Shown here one piece after another: positions 27,328 through 36,524 of a stretch of 53,745 nt of DNA. The number at the start of each line of letters is the position of its first letter. The stretch's first letter is position 1. Made by a program: the position numbers and the translations under genes. Source of the stretch: a virus (taxonomy: Duplodnaviria > Caudoviricetes); IMG/VR virus record IMGVR_UViG_3300010400_000009, positions 1 to 53,745 of that record, one strand, 5' to 3'. The notes under the pieces were generated by a model that was not told where the DNA came from, did no database searches, and saw only the letters and a list, made by a program, of their open reading frames with translations.

Positions 27328-27558
27328 ATGCATTACGATGATTTAATCGAAAAAGAAGCAAAAATTAATTTAGCAGAACCAGTATTGAATACTAATAATT
27401 CATTACGAGACCATTTTGCTGGGCTATCAATGCAAAATATGCTTAAACATGCATTAAGTTTAAGATATACAGTAATAAATACAGAAAGTATTGCCACAGA
27501 AGCTTATAAAATGGCTGACGCAATGCTAAAAGCTCGTGAATTAAATAACAAGGAGTAA
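27328..27558 (+). CDS. Conserved phage small protein
   Basis: SLRDHFAG...AYKMADAMLKAR. Confidence 0.75.
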   Translation: MHYDDLIEKEAKINLAEPVLNTNNSLRDHFAGLSMQNMLKHALSLRYTVINTESIATEAYKMADAMLKARELNNKE

Positions 27559-27564
27559 TTCAAG

Positions 27565-28665
27565 ATGAGAAAACAAGTAATTATGTTAGTAATAGCGACC
27601 ATGCTATCTAATAATGTTTTTGCCGCTTTCGGCGGGGGCGGGCGTAGTGTAAGTGTAGGGCGTAGCGTATCAGTTTCAAGAAGTGCCACGCCTGCACCTT
27701 CTAGACCAGTTAGCAATAATTCAAATAATAGTACAGTTAGCGGTGGGCGTAATATAGGCGTACAACGTACAGAAGTTACTAATAACTACAGACAACAACA
27801 GCAGGCACAGCAAAGCCAGCCAAATAGCCAAATTATGCCCCAGCAAAGCCAATATACAAGTTCTAGTTATAAACCATATTATGCACAGAATAACAATTAT
27901 GCGTCTCGTACGGATTATAACGATAGAAAATACAGCACTGGGCAGATAGTAGGCGGGGCGGTTGCTGGTATCGCTGCTGGAGCTTTAGCAGGTTATTTAA
28001 TACACAAAGCAACCGACGGAAGTACATATTATACACCGCCTAATAATCCAAGTGTTGCATATAATGCGAACGGGCAACAGTTGCAGGCTGTACCACAAGA
28101 AGCAAAAGCACAAACCATATCAAATAATACGACGCAAGCACAAGTTAGCCCAGCACCTCAATATATGCATTATCCGCAACCGCAAGGCAACGGCAATACA
28201 TGGCTATGGTTTTTATGGCTTATATTTATGCTTATTCTTGGTTTTGTATTATTTATTTTTTTAAAGTTAAATAGATTAAAAAACAATATGACAAATAAAA
28301 TTAATTTCAATCTGCCGACAAAAGATAGTTTAAATAATATTAAATATTCTTTTTTTTCTGATTTACAGAAGGCTTGGAAGCCTAGCTGTGCTAGTGTTGT
28401 GAAATATAATACTACTAAACAATTTTATGAACTCATCGAAAAAGATTTATTAAATGAACCCGAAAATAAAGAAATTGTTATACAAAAATATCAAGCAAGA
28501 TTAGTAAATGCGGATAGCAAAGAGGGAACAATACACTATCAAGCCGTTATATCTGTTAATGGAATTGACGAAAATATAGATGAATTCTGGCATTTTGAAT
28601 ATAAAGACTTTGCTTGGAAGTTAGCAGGTATTGAACAATATAATGAAAATTTAACTATATATTAA
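27565..28665 (+). CDS. Exported/membrane protein with C-terminal Tim44-like domain
   Basis: Signal peptide, G/S/R-rich segment, Gly-zipper, TM helix, then FSDLQKAW...EFWHF...WKLAGIEQ. Confidence 0.75.
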   Translation: MRKQVIMLVIATMLSNNVFAAFGGGGRSVSVGRSVSVSRSATPAPSRPVSNNSNNSTVSGGRNIGVQRTEVTNNYRQQQQAQQSQPNSQIMPQQSQYTSSSYKPYYAQNNNYASRTDYNDRKYSTGQIVGGAVAGIAAGALAGYLIHKATDGSTYYTPPNNPSVAYNANGQQLQAVPQEAKAQTISNNTTQAQVSPAPQYMHYPQPQGNGNTWLWFLWLIFMLILGFVLFIFLKLNRLKNNMTNKINFNLPTKDSLNNIKYSFFSDLQKAWKPSCASVVKYNTTKQFYELIEKDLLNEPENKEIVIQKYQARLVNADSKEGTIHYQAVISVNGIDENIDEFWHFEYKDFAWKLAGIEQYNENLTIY

Positions 28666-28685
28666 TTGAATTAAGGAGCTATAAA

Positions 28686-29465
28686 ATGTCGCATTCATAT
28701 TTAACAGTTGAAAAATTACCTACTAGAAATTTTAAAATAAATGATAGTTTAACTATAGTTGTTGAAGAAATCCACGACGATTATTTTAGAACATCTGTAG
28801 AGTTTTATATCGAACATATACAAGGCAGAGCAAAGCATATGATAGGTATGTGGGATAACGCCCGCACAACGTCATTTATCAATCAATTTATTTGTAATAA
28901 TGATGATGTGGATTTATCAAACGTTAGAGTTGGTAAAAAAATCGGCGAGATAGGCGTAGACGGCGGGCAAGTAATGATAGCCGACCCGTGCTATTTCTCA
29001 CATGATGAAAACGAACAAGAACATAATATTCAAAATAGAATACAGTTAGAACAAGCAAGAAACGATGCTATTTACCAACCCACATTACAGGTAAATTATC
29101 CTACTGGGCATGCAGGTTTAGCGGTTATATCAAGTACAAGTTATGGCGATGGCTCTTATGATTGTGTAGACTTAGTTGATGGCTCAAATAGAAAAATTGG
29201 TATAGGCGTAATTTTTGGAGGTTATGAAGAGAATATAAAAAGCCAATTAAATGATAGTGATATTATGCATATCGCAGGAAATTTAGAGCAAATACAAACG
29301 CTTTTAAATAATAAAAGCAAGGATTGTGCATTACAAAAATATCATAGCAAAGAGGACTTAATAGAGGATATGAAGCTGGCAACTGTAGTAATTCAAAATT
29401 TATTAAAATTCCTTGAAGACCCAAACACTAATTATGAAGTTGAAAACAACAAAGAGGATTTATAA
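28686..29465 (+). CDS. Hypothetical protein (DUF4241-like motifs)
   Basis: IGVDGGQVMIADPCY and SYGDGSY. Confidence 0.6.
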   Translation: MSHSYLTVEKLPTRNFKINDSLTIVVEEIHDDYFRTSVEFYIEHIQGRAKHMIGMWDNARTTSFINQFICNNDDVDLSNVRVGKKIGEIGVDGGQVMIADPCYFSHDENEQEHNIQNRIQLEQARNDAIYQPTLQVNYPTGHAGLAVISSTSYGDGSYDCVDLVDGSNRKIGIGVIFGGYEENIKSQLNDSDIMHIAGNLEQIQTLLNNKSKDCALQKYHSKEDLIEDMKLATVVIQNLLKFLEDPNTNYEVENNKEDL

Positions 29466-29834
29466 ATGAGTGGTTTATATAATATGATTTTTGGCACTAG
29501 CCAACTTGCACCATATGTATTGCATATGCTTGGCAAAAAGCCCGAGGATTTTGGCAGAATAAGAGACGCATTTATTAGTAATGGTTATTTACAGGTATAT
29601 ACAAGATGTGGCGGCGGCAACCGAGAAAGCTGCCAACATGTATTCGATGAAATAGCTAAACACCCGCTTTATTCGCATAATGCTGATGATGATTACGATA
29701 CTACATATTGCACTTTCTTTTTTAATATTCCTGATGAATATAAAGAAATATGCAAAGATATTCTTGATATGCCTAGCACATCGGAACGTTGGAAGCAGGC
29801 ATTAGAAGCCATGAGTGATAGTATTAATAAATAG
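29466..29834 (+). CDS. Conserved phage hypothetical protein
   Basis: LYNMIFG, GRIRD, YTRCGGGNRE, DDDYDTTY. Confidence 0.7.
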   Translation: MSGLYNMIFGTSQLAPYVLHMLGKKPEDFGRIRDAFISNGYLQVYTRCGGGNRESCQHVFDEIAKHPLYSHNADDDYDTTYCTFFFNIPDEYKEICKDILDMPSTSERWKQALEAMSDSINK

Positions 29835-29845
29835 ATATTAAATAG

Positions 29846-29874
29846 ATACCAAGATATATAATCTTGGTATTTTT
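29846..29874 (+). terminator. Hairpin, possible terminator
   Basis: ATACCAAGAT-atata-ATCTTGGTAT followed by TTTT. Confidence 0.5.
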
Positions 29875-29885
29875 ATAAGGTAATT

Positions 29886-30278
29886 ATGAAAAAAATATTT
29901 TTAGGCAAATGTTATACTGGCAAGCCCATAAAACAACACGCACTTCATCAAGAAATATACAATACGCAAGGTAGGGATTATTTACTTGTTTATGATAAAA
30001 AAGATTGTACCCCTATTTATGTTTATTACGATATTATTTACACAGAAACTAGCAAATCATGGTGCGATGCTGAAAAGTATAGTGGTAGAGCCTTCCCTCT
30101 TTGTAATGTTGAAAGTATTAAAGAAGCTAAATTGCTTTGTGATAAACACGCACATAGGAATAATGCAGAAAATCGCCGATTATCTAACAATGAGTATGAC
30201 GCAAAAATGAAAACAATTAATAAGCATAATCAAAAGCTTAGAGATAATTTTATGCATAAATTTATGCAGATATATTAA
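29886..30278 (+). CDS. Hypothetical protein
   Basis: RBS AAGG. Confidence 0.6.
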   Translation: MKKIFLGKCYTGKPIKQHALHQEIYNTQGRDYLLVYDKKDCTPIYVYYDIIYTETSKSWCDAEKYSGRAFPLCNVESIKEAKLLCDKHAHRNNAENRRLSNNEYDAKMKTINKHNQKLRDNFMHKFMQIY

Positions 30279-30310
30279 TCATTTAAGAAACATATAAATA
30301 TGGGTATAAA

Positions 30311-30616
30311 ATGAAAATAAAATATGATGAATTAATAAAAACATATAACGATAGGGAATGTGTTTTAGATATTGATAAAGTAATTAAAAAATGGAATAGC
30401 TTATTTTGGATAGCCCGCTGGCGAGATTATGATACAAACCAATTCAGTTATAGATTAATAGTTCGTTGGTCGAAAGTCGCAAGGGAGCGGTGCAGAATAA
30501 AATGTACTATTCCTGAAAATCAAGCAAAAGAACTTATTTGTAAATTAAACCTTTTGCCATTCCCTAGTTTTTTTAATAGCGGCACATCTTTTATAAAGGC
30601 AGAGCATGCAATTTAA
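30311..30616 (+). CDS. Hypothetical protein
   Basis: ORF in operon. Confidence 0.55.
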   Translation: MKIKYDELIKTYNDRECVLDIDKVIKKWNSLFWIARWRDYDTNQFSYRLIVRWSKVARERCRIKCTIPENQAKELICKLNLLPFPSFFNSGTSFIKAEHAI

Positions 30617-31025
30617 CATAATAAACAAAGCTGAACATTATAATACACATTCTAGCGGCATTGAATGTATAGACATAATAGAAAATTTATCTTTTTGCCT
30701 AGGCAGTGCAATAAAATATGTATGGCGTGCTGGCTTAAAATCAGATAATAAAAAACAAGATTTAGAAAAAGCAATTTACTATTTAAAAAGAGAACAGGAA
30801 CGGTTAGAGGAAATTGGCTACATGTATTCACAATTAAATATTAATGTTGATTATATAAATAAAATTTCTTTTGGTGAGGATTTATTAGCCTTATTTTTTC
30901 AAAAAATAAAGGAGCTTACTTTACCTGCAGTAAATAATACTGGGCTTTTTGTGGTTTTCAGTAGTAAAAAAGATAATATTTTATTAAATGAATTGATTAA
31001 ATTTATTAATAAAAATATAAATTAG
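30606..31025 (+). CDS. DUF3310 (SaV-like) protein
   Basis: HY...IECIDII...FCLGSAIKYVWRAGLK...QDLEKAIYYL. Confidence 0.85.
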   Translation: MQFNIINKAEHYNTHSSGIECIDIIENLSFCLGSAIKYVWRAGLKSDNKKQDLEKAIYYLKREQERLEEIGYMYSQLNINVDYINKISFGEDLLALFFQKIKELTLPAVNNTGLFVVFSSKKDNILLNELIKFINKNIN

Positions 31026-31031
31026 ATAAAT

Positions 31032-31051
31032 GCGGGACAACCCGCTTTTTT
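31032..31051 (+). terminator. Rho-independent terminator
   Basis: GCGGG-acaa-CCCGC followed by a T-run. Confidence 0.7.
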
Positions 31052-31066
31052 AATAGGAGCTAAGGA

Positions 31067-31507
31067 ATGAATGAAGTAAAAATACCGCAATTTAAAATAT
31101 ATAATATATCTGAAAAGATAGATAAAGATTTAATTTATATAAACTCAAATGATGAAGTTGTATACATTAGTACTAATAGTAATCATAAAATCTTATATGC
31201 CCAACCCTTATATGATGTTGTTATATGCAGGTTTACAGGCTATTTTTCTAAGCAAAATATACCTTTATATGCTGATGATATTGTGGAAGACGCAAAAGGT
31301 CGAATAATGCATATTACACGCACTAGACCTAATTATATTGGATTTAAACCTATTTATGAGACTAACTTTGATTTTACAAATAAAATGTGGGAGTGGGGCA
31401 TAAATTCTAAAACTAATAAAATAGACTTTAAAAGTTTAATATTAGATGTAGAAATTATAGGCAGTAAGTTTGAAACTCCCGAATTATTGGAGGCTACAAA
31501 TGAATAA
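31067..31507 (+). CDS. YopX-family protein
   Basis: CRFTG...LYADDIV...EIIGSKFETPELL. Confidence 0.7.
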   Translation: MNEVKIPQFKIYNISEKIDKDLIYINSNDEVVYISTNSNHKILYAQPLYDVVICRFTGYFSKQNIPLYADDIVEDAKGRIMHITRTRPNYIGFKPIYETNFDFTNKMWEWGINSKTNKIDFKSLILDVEIIGSKFETPELLEATNE

Positions 31508-31529
31508 TGATTTTAGATAAATTAAAAAA

Positions 31530-31545
31530 TGTTTCACGTGAAACA
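31530..31545. promoter_or_regulatory. parS: parS consensus site 4
   Basis: TGTTTCACGTGAAACA between two YopX genes. Confidence 0.85.
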
Positions 31546-31558
31546 CACAAAGGATAAT

Positions 31559-32065
31559 ATGAAAACAACAAATTTTAAGGCATGGGATTATCTAAATAAT
31601 AAATGGTTGGATACTAGTTTTTTATTATTAGATGATAATAATAATATTTTTATCAGAGGTGCTAAAAATTGGCAGAATGATATTAGAAATAATAAAGGAG
31701 GCTATGATACAACAGAATATACTGAACTTATGCCTATCCACCATGTAAATATATGTCGCTTTATAGGGCAATATGATAGTACAGGCAGGGCAATATATGA
31801 AGGAGATTTATATTTTTTAGGGAATAAAAAAGAAACTATCAGAATTATTGAATATAGTAATTATATTCATTATTCTAAACCAATGTGCGGCTTTAATTTA
31901 AATATAAATGAATTATATGCCTGCTTTTCTAGCAAAGATTATTATCCAATATATAACAAACAGGCTACATATTCAATATATGATAATTTAATAATTATAG
32001 GTTCTAAGTTTGACACAGATGTAGAGAAAATTTATAAAGAGGCACAAAATGAGAAAAAAGAGTAA
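31559..32065 (+). CDS. YopX-family protein (start reassigned to 31559)
   Basis: FKAWD, CRFIG...IYEGD, IIGSKFD; AAGGA RBS. Confidence 0.75.
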   Translation: MKTTNFKAWDYLNNKWLDTSFLLLDDNNNIFIRGAKNWQNDIRNNKGGYDTTEYTELMPIHHVNICRFIGQYDSTGRAIYEGDLYFLGNKKETIRIIEYSNYIHYSKPMCGFNLNINELYACFSSKDYYPIYNKQATYSIYDNLIIIGSKFDTDVEKIYKEAQNEKKE

Positions 32066-32537
32066 TTATAAGCCTAAAAGTAAGCAGGAGTTGCTTTATA
32101 AACTTAATAGCTTATTTGATAAAAACAAACATCAACCCCTCGAAACTCAAACGATAGAAAAAATTAAATTTAAATTTAATACATTTCATCAGAACATGTT
32201 AAACAACGTATGTACTTTTCAAGATATATTATTTTTAAACGGAATTATTATTATGCTTAAAGTTATATCAGAAAATAGTCGTAGATTAAGTTTAAATGAA
32301 CAATTGCATTTATATATCACTGCTGAACCAGTAAGAAAAGATATTGCCGAAAGACATATGCAAGATAAAATAGCGGGTTATAAAGATGATAAAGAAATAC
32401 AAATATTACAAAAAACTTATACAACAGTTATTAATGCATTAAACAATATGACTAATATTGTATATGATGAATTTATAAACTTAATAAGAAAGGCTCAAGC
32501 CAAAGCTGGAGCGGTAGTAGCAGAGGATTATTATTAA
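32049..32537 (+). CDS. Hypothetical protein
   Basis: MRKKSNYKPK start; last rightward gene of the block. Confidence 0.65.
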   Translation: MRKKSNYKPKSKQELLYKLNSLFDKNKHQPLETQTIEKIKFKFNTFHQNMLNNVCTFQDILFLNGIIIMLKVISENSRRLSLNEQLHLYITAEPVRKDIAERHMQDKIAGYKDDKEIQILQKTYTTVINALNNMTNIVYDEFINLIRKAQAKAGAVVAEDYY

Positions 32538-33037
32538 AAATGTTTAAGTATTATGTCTTTAATTAATACTAAAACCCAGCCAATAATAGAACCTACGACT
32601 AAAAATAATCCCTTGCCTAATTTATTAAAACTAATGCTAGTTAATTCATCAAATTTATCATTTATTGCTTTTATTTCTTTTTCTTGAAGTTTAAGCCTTT
32701 CATCATGGCTTTGTACACATTTTTTTAAATCCACGTTATCCCGTTTTAAATCATTTATAATAATTTCTTGGTTTTGTAAAATTTGTATAATTCTTTGATT
32801 TTCTTTTGATGAATTGACGCGCCATTCCTCTGTTTCCTCTTTAAAATCTCTTTTAAAAGACATTGAAATGTTGTGCTTACTTTCGATTTCCTGACGTAGC
32901 TCTTGCCTAATTACATCAATTTTATTTGATAAATTGCCTGCTATAGAATTGAAATTTGCCGTAACATTATTTAACATGTCGGCAAGTGCTTGATTACTGA
33001 TATAGCTCATATTATTATCGGTTTTTCTTTTTATCAT
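32534..33037 (-). CDS. Coiled-coil protein with C-terminal TM helix (lysis-region membrane protein)
   Basis: Coiled coil followed by GLFLVVGSIIGWVLVLI. Confidence 0.6.
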   Translation of the reverse strand: MIKRKTDNNMSYISNQALADMLNNVTANFNSIAGNLSNKIDVIRQELRQEIESKHNISMSFKRDFKEETEEWRVNSSKENQRIIQILQNQEIIINDLKRDNVDLKKCVQSHDERLKLQEKEIKAINDKFDELTSISFNKLGKGLFLVVGSIIGWVLVLIKDIILKHF

Positions 33038-33457
33038 AACATCAAGAAGGTGCGGGGTTGTAGCCCCCGCATAGAAAACGCCGAGAGGATTGATTATAAG
33101 CTACAATTATAATCAATTCTATGTTGCCATAGTGCCATATTTATATTATACATAAGGCATAAAGGGTTTGCTAGATGTTATTTTATACATAATAAAAAAA
33201 CTACTACAATCCATGCCCAATGTATATCTAAATTCCCCGTCGCCTTCCATATTACAATCATCAAAAACAAAAAATCTGCATGTATCATTTAAAAACCAAT
33301 AATTGTCGCAATAATCTTGTTTTATTTATGTCTTGCAATGTTTTTTTAAAATTATTTATTGCGTCTTTTAAATTATAGTCATTTTCTGCCAATGCCTTTA
33401 TTTCTTGTACGATATTATCGCCCTTACCTTTTATTTCATCAGGTATTTTAATTTCTT

Positions 33458-33907
33458 TCATTTCACAATCCCATTTAAATATGCACCTTTACGCATAGTT
33501 AAAGCCTGCAATCTTGGCTTTTTATTACCTTCTTTTAAGCCAATATGCACCCAAGTGCCTTCATAGATAAGCTGGTCGTATGTGATAGTAAACCCGCCTT
33601 CTTTCTGCAATCTTTCGGCTACTTCGTAAGGCGTACCAAATTGAGGGCATATAAAATCACACGCTAAGGCTTTTAAGTGCATACTAGTGCTAGCTCCGCC
33701 AACTGCTTTATTTACTGCTGGGCTTCTGTACATAGAATTTACTATAATCGGCTTGCCTAAAATATTACGCACTTGCTCCATTAGTTCCGCCATACGTTTT
33801 GCGTTTGCCATTAAATTATTAGGTATAGAATTATTTAAACATTTGCGTTCTGCGTATTCCGAACGGGTAAATTCATCTAGTGTAAAGTGTTCGCTTAAAT
33901 TGGTCAT
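33458..33907 (-). CDS. Endolysin, peptidase M15A
   Basis: LSEHFTLDEF, SMYRSPAVN.AVGGASTSMH...ACD, WVHIG. Confidence 0.9.
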   Translation of the reverse strand: MTNLSEHFTLDEFTRSEYAERKCLNNSIPNNLMANAKRMAELMEQVRNILGKPIIVNSMYRSPAVNKAVGGASTSMHLKALACDFICPQFGTPYEVAERLQKEGGFTITYDQLIYEGTWVHIGLKEGNKKPRLQALTMRKGAYLNGIVK

Positions 33908-33934
33908 TTTACTATTATTCCAGTTAAATTATAT

Positions 33935-34237
33935 CTATTTATTAAATCCAAAAAATGCCTTTATTTTATCTAAATAAGTTGTTTTTTTATTATATTTATT
34001 TAGTTTATTAAAAAAGTATATTATAAATTCGTTAAAATCTTTTATGTTTTCCCCCTCAAAATATGCAATAACAACTTTATCTATATTTTCTATTTTAATT
34101 AACTTGAGTTCGCTCTGCTTATTCTTATTAAAACATTTATATAAATTTATAAAAGCATTGATAGATTGTGTTATAGCTTCATACATATTAGTATCAATAG
34201 GCTTGCTAATATTATATTTAAGCTGTAAATTACTCAT
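33935..34237 (-). CDS. Hypothetical protein
   Basis: Coupled ORF. Confidence 0.5.
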   Translation of the reverse strand: MSNLQLKYNISKPIDTNMYEAITQSINAFINLYKCFNKNKQSELKLIKIENIDKVVIAYFEGENIKDFNEFIIYFFNKLNKYNKKTTYLDKIKAFFGFNK

Positions 34238-34706
34238 CTTGCTTACATATCCTATTTTCTAATTCTAAAATATCTTGCTCATGCATATATCTATTTAATC
34301 TACCATACATAGATTTTAATTCTTGATTGCTTTTCCACGCATTACCGCCGCTTATTCTTAGTATAAAAAATACACGCAAGCAATATCTAACTGAATTTTC
34401 AGGGTTTAACAATAAATTAATTAATAGGCGTATATCTGCCTCATATCTTGTGCAATACTGCTCCCAATACATATGGTCATGCACCAAATACGAACCATTA
34501 TTTAAGCTATCTTTTTGTAAAAATGGCTCTGTAAATGCGGGGCGGCTTGCTCCGTCGTTTAAAAACCCACGCTGGCATAACCTATCTATTCCGTATCTAT
34601 CTTTGTATGCAAATTCTTTAACTACAACAAGCATAGTATTGTTTACCCGCTCCATTTTAGGCATTTTTGCTAGGTAATATGGCGAATTGTTTACATCATA
34701 TGGCAT
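34230..34706 (-). CDS. DUF1353-like protein
   Basis: GFLNDGASRP, LVHDHMY, RYEAD. Confidence 0.75.
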   Translation of the reverse strand: MPYDVNNSPYYLAKMPKMERVNNTMLVVVKEFAYKDRYGIDRLCQRGFLNDGASRPAFTEPFLQKDSLNNGSYLVHDHMYWEQYCTRYEADIRLLINLLLNPENSVRYCLRVFFILRISGGNAWKSNQELKSMYGRLNRYMHEQDILELENRICKQDE

Positions 34707-34708
34707 AA

Positions 34709-34945
34709 TTAAAATCTACCTTTTTTTAAATCTACAAGCTTACTGTATTTATTTTGGTAATGTTTATGCATAATTATATGAATAGCAAAATTACTAATCA
34801 TGACTAGCGTATATAAACTTTTATCTAACTTTAAATAGCAGGCATTCAATATAGTAAATAATATAGCTATTATAAAAGGATATTTTAATAATAAATTATT
34901 CATTCTTATTGTTAAAATCATATCTAATTTATTATAGGTATACAT
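34709..34945 (-). CDS. Small two-TM protein (holin candidate)
   Basis: Two hydrophobic segments and a basic tail, in the lysis region. Confidence 0.4.
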   Translation of the reverse strand: MYTYNKLDMILTIRMNNLLLKYPFIIAILFTILNACYLKLDKSLYTLVMISNFAIHIIMHKHYQNKYSKLVDLKKGRF

Positions 34946-34947
34946 TA

Positions 34948-35121
34948 CTAAATCATTCCTAAAGCTAAAATATAAATTGTTTTAAGTTGTTTATATTTGC
35001 TAAATGCTTTTTCGGCATATTCAATTAATGGGTCGGCTTTATCATCAACTTTGCTTGTTATGTTTTGAATACTAGCACAGCCGTTTAACATCAAAAATAG
35101 TAATAGGATATATTTTTTCAT
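34948..35121 (-). CDS. Small lipoprotein, 57 aa (not in ORF track)
   Basis: MKKYILLLFLMLNG-C lipobox; ATGA overlap with the upstream gene. Confidence 0.65.
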   Translation of the reverse strand: MKKYILLLFLMLNGCASIQNITSKVDDKADPLIEYAEKAFSKYKQLKTIYILALGMI

Positions 35122-35357
35122 TTAATTTCTGTAATTCCTCGTTCCTGCATTTCTTTTTGTATAGCTTCTATTTCTTCCTTACTCATATTTTTAGCTCTTT
35201 CAAGAGCTTTCTCAAATAACTCTTCTATGACATCTGCCTTACTTTTATGAGTATTAGCATTAAATTTAACCGCCCCTTTATCATCTATACAAAAATTTGC
35301 TTCGCCAATTTCAACTCCATTAAATTTTAATGGAGCTTTTCCTGTTTTATTATTCAT
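35118..35357 (-). CDS. Hypothetical protein
   Basis: ORF with plausible composition. Confidence 0.6.
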   Translation of the reverse strand: MNNKTGKAPLKFNGVEIGEANFCIDDKGAVKFNANTHKSKADVIEELFEKALERAKNMSKEEIEAIQKEMQERGITEIK

Positions 35358-35418
35358 TTATTTATTAAATCGTATTATGTAGCCTACCATACATTATAAT
35401 ACATTATATGAAATATTA

Positions 35419-35976
35419 CTAAGCCAAAGTATCATTATAATAATTATCAATTATGTTTTTTAATTTTAATCTTAGCTTGGTGTTTGCTTTTGTGAGAGCT
35501 ATATATAATTCCTTGACTTCTGCCATATATACTTTTGCAAACCCTTTGTCGTACTTAATAATACTGTAAGCATTAGCTATTAAATCCGCTACTTTTATTG
35601 TCTGCACTTTATCGCATTGAGTAGCTAAAAAATCCCTATCTATTTTTTTCCTTACTTCCCTATTCCCGTCTTCAAGCTTTGCCTTTTCAGTTAAGCCGAT
35701 TACCATTCTTGCAACTTCCTCACCTAAAAAGGCTTCAATAATATTTATTTCTATTTTTGTATCCTCTATTACATCATGCAACCAAGCTGCGCATAGCATT
35801 TCTTTTGTATGCTCTACAGTTTCAACAATAGCCGCTACTTCTAAACAATGTCTATAATACGGCTCACCTGTATATTTGCGTTTTTGCCCTATTGCTTCAT
35901 GTGCAGTAATTGCCATGATTTTAGCAAGCCTAATTTCTTGTTCTAATTGTGAATACTCAAGAGAATTGTAAGACAT
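35419..35976 (-). CDS. Stand-alone HD-domain (p)ppGpp-hydrolase-like protein (small alarmone hydrolase/Mesh1 type)
   Basis: AH...QKRKYTGEPYYRH, AAWLHDVIEDT, IKVADLIAN. Confidence 0.85.
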   Translation of the reverse strand: MSYNSLEYSQLEQEIRLAKIMAITAHEAIGQKRKYTGEPYYRHCLEVAAIVETVEHTKEMLCAAWLHDVIEDTKIEINIIEAFLGEEVARMVIGLTEKAKLEDGNREVRKKIDRDFLATQCDKVQTIKVADLIANAYSIIKYDKGFAKVYMAEVKELYIALTKANTKLRLKLKNIIDNYYNDTLA

Positions 35977-36025
35977 TATCTACCTTGTTTTTAATACATT
36001 GTATGTTTATTATATCAATATTAAA

Positions 36026-36523
36026 TTAATTATCAAATTTTTTTAAATGTACATTAAAAACATGTTCGATAGTTTCCGCCCAACTTTTAGGTAATCCGCC
36101 TATTTCTGTTGGTAAAAATGGGCGTGCGGGTATCTTACCTATTTTTGCAGACTTAAACGGGTGGCTAGCTCCTTTAAAATACAATGCTTTTTTATTTTTA
36201 GGGAATAACTGCATTGCAGAACGCCCAAATTGGTGGGTAGGTGCATAGATTATGTTTGTACCAAAGTCTATGCGTTCGCCGTTTATTGTATATGCAATAC
36301 TTTTACTTAGATTGCCCGATAACGTCAATATTTGCCCTTCACGCCATTTAAGCGGCTTCCATTTGTTGCCGTACGGGTCTTGCTCATCTTTAAATGCTAA
36401 GGCTATGGTTTCAGTTATTGAGTTGGCTATATCTTTTTTTATCTTTGAGAAATTAGCACCTTTTATATATAACCCTTCTAATTTTTCACGCAAACCCGCA
36501 ATATCAATATTTAATATAGTCAT
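36026..36523 (-). CDS. Virion morphogenesis protein, Mu gpG-like (start reassigned to 36523)
   Basis: EQDPYGNKWKPL, ILTLSGNL, GTNIIYAPTHQFG, IPARPFL. Confidence 0.85.
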   Translation of the reverse strand: MTILNIDIAGLREKLEGLYIKGANFSKIKKDIANSITETIALAFKDEQDPYGNKWKPLKWREGQILTLSGNLSKSIAYTINGERIDFGTNIIYAPTHQFGRSAMQLFPKNKKALYFKGASHPFKSAKIGKIPARPFLPTEIGGLPKSWAETIEHVFNVHLKKFDN

Positions 36524-36524
36524 A

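Noticed and set aside
31529-31558. N-terminal MFHVKH extension of the YopX gene
   Set aside because: This is just the parS palindrome translated; the RBS supports ATG 31559.
35387-35414. XerCD dif-like site
   Set aside because: One arm (ATTTCATATAA on the minus strand) resembles a XerC site, but there is no convincing XerD arm at 6-bp spacing; AT-rich chance match is likely.
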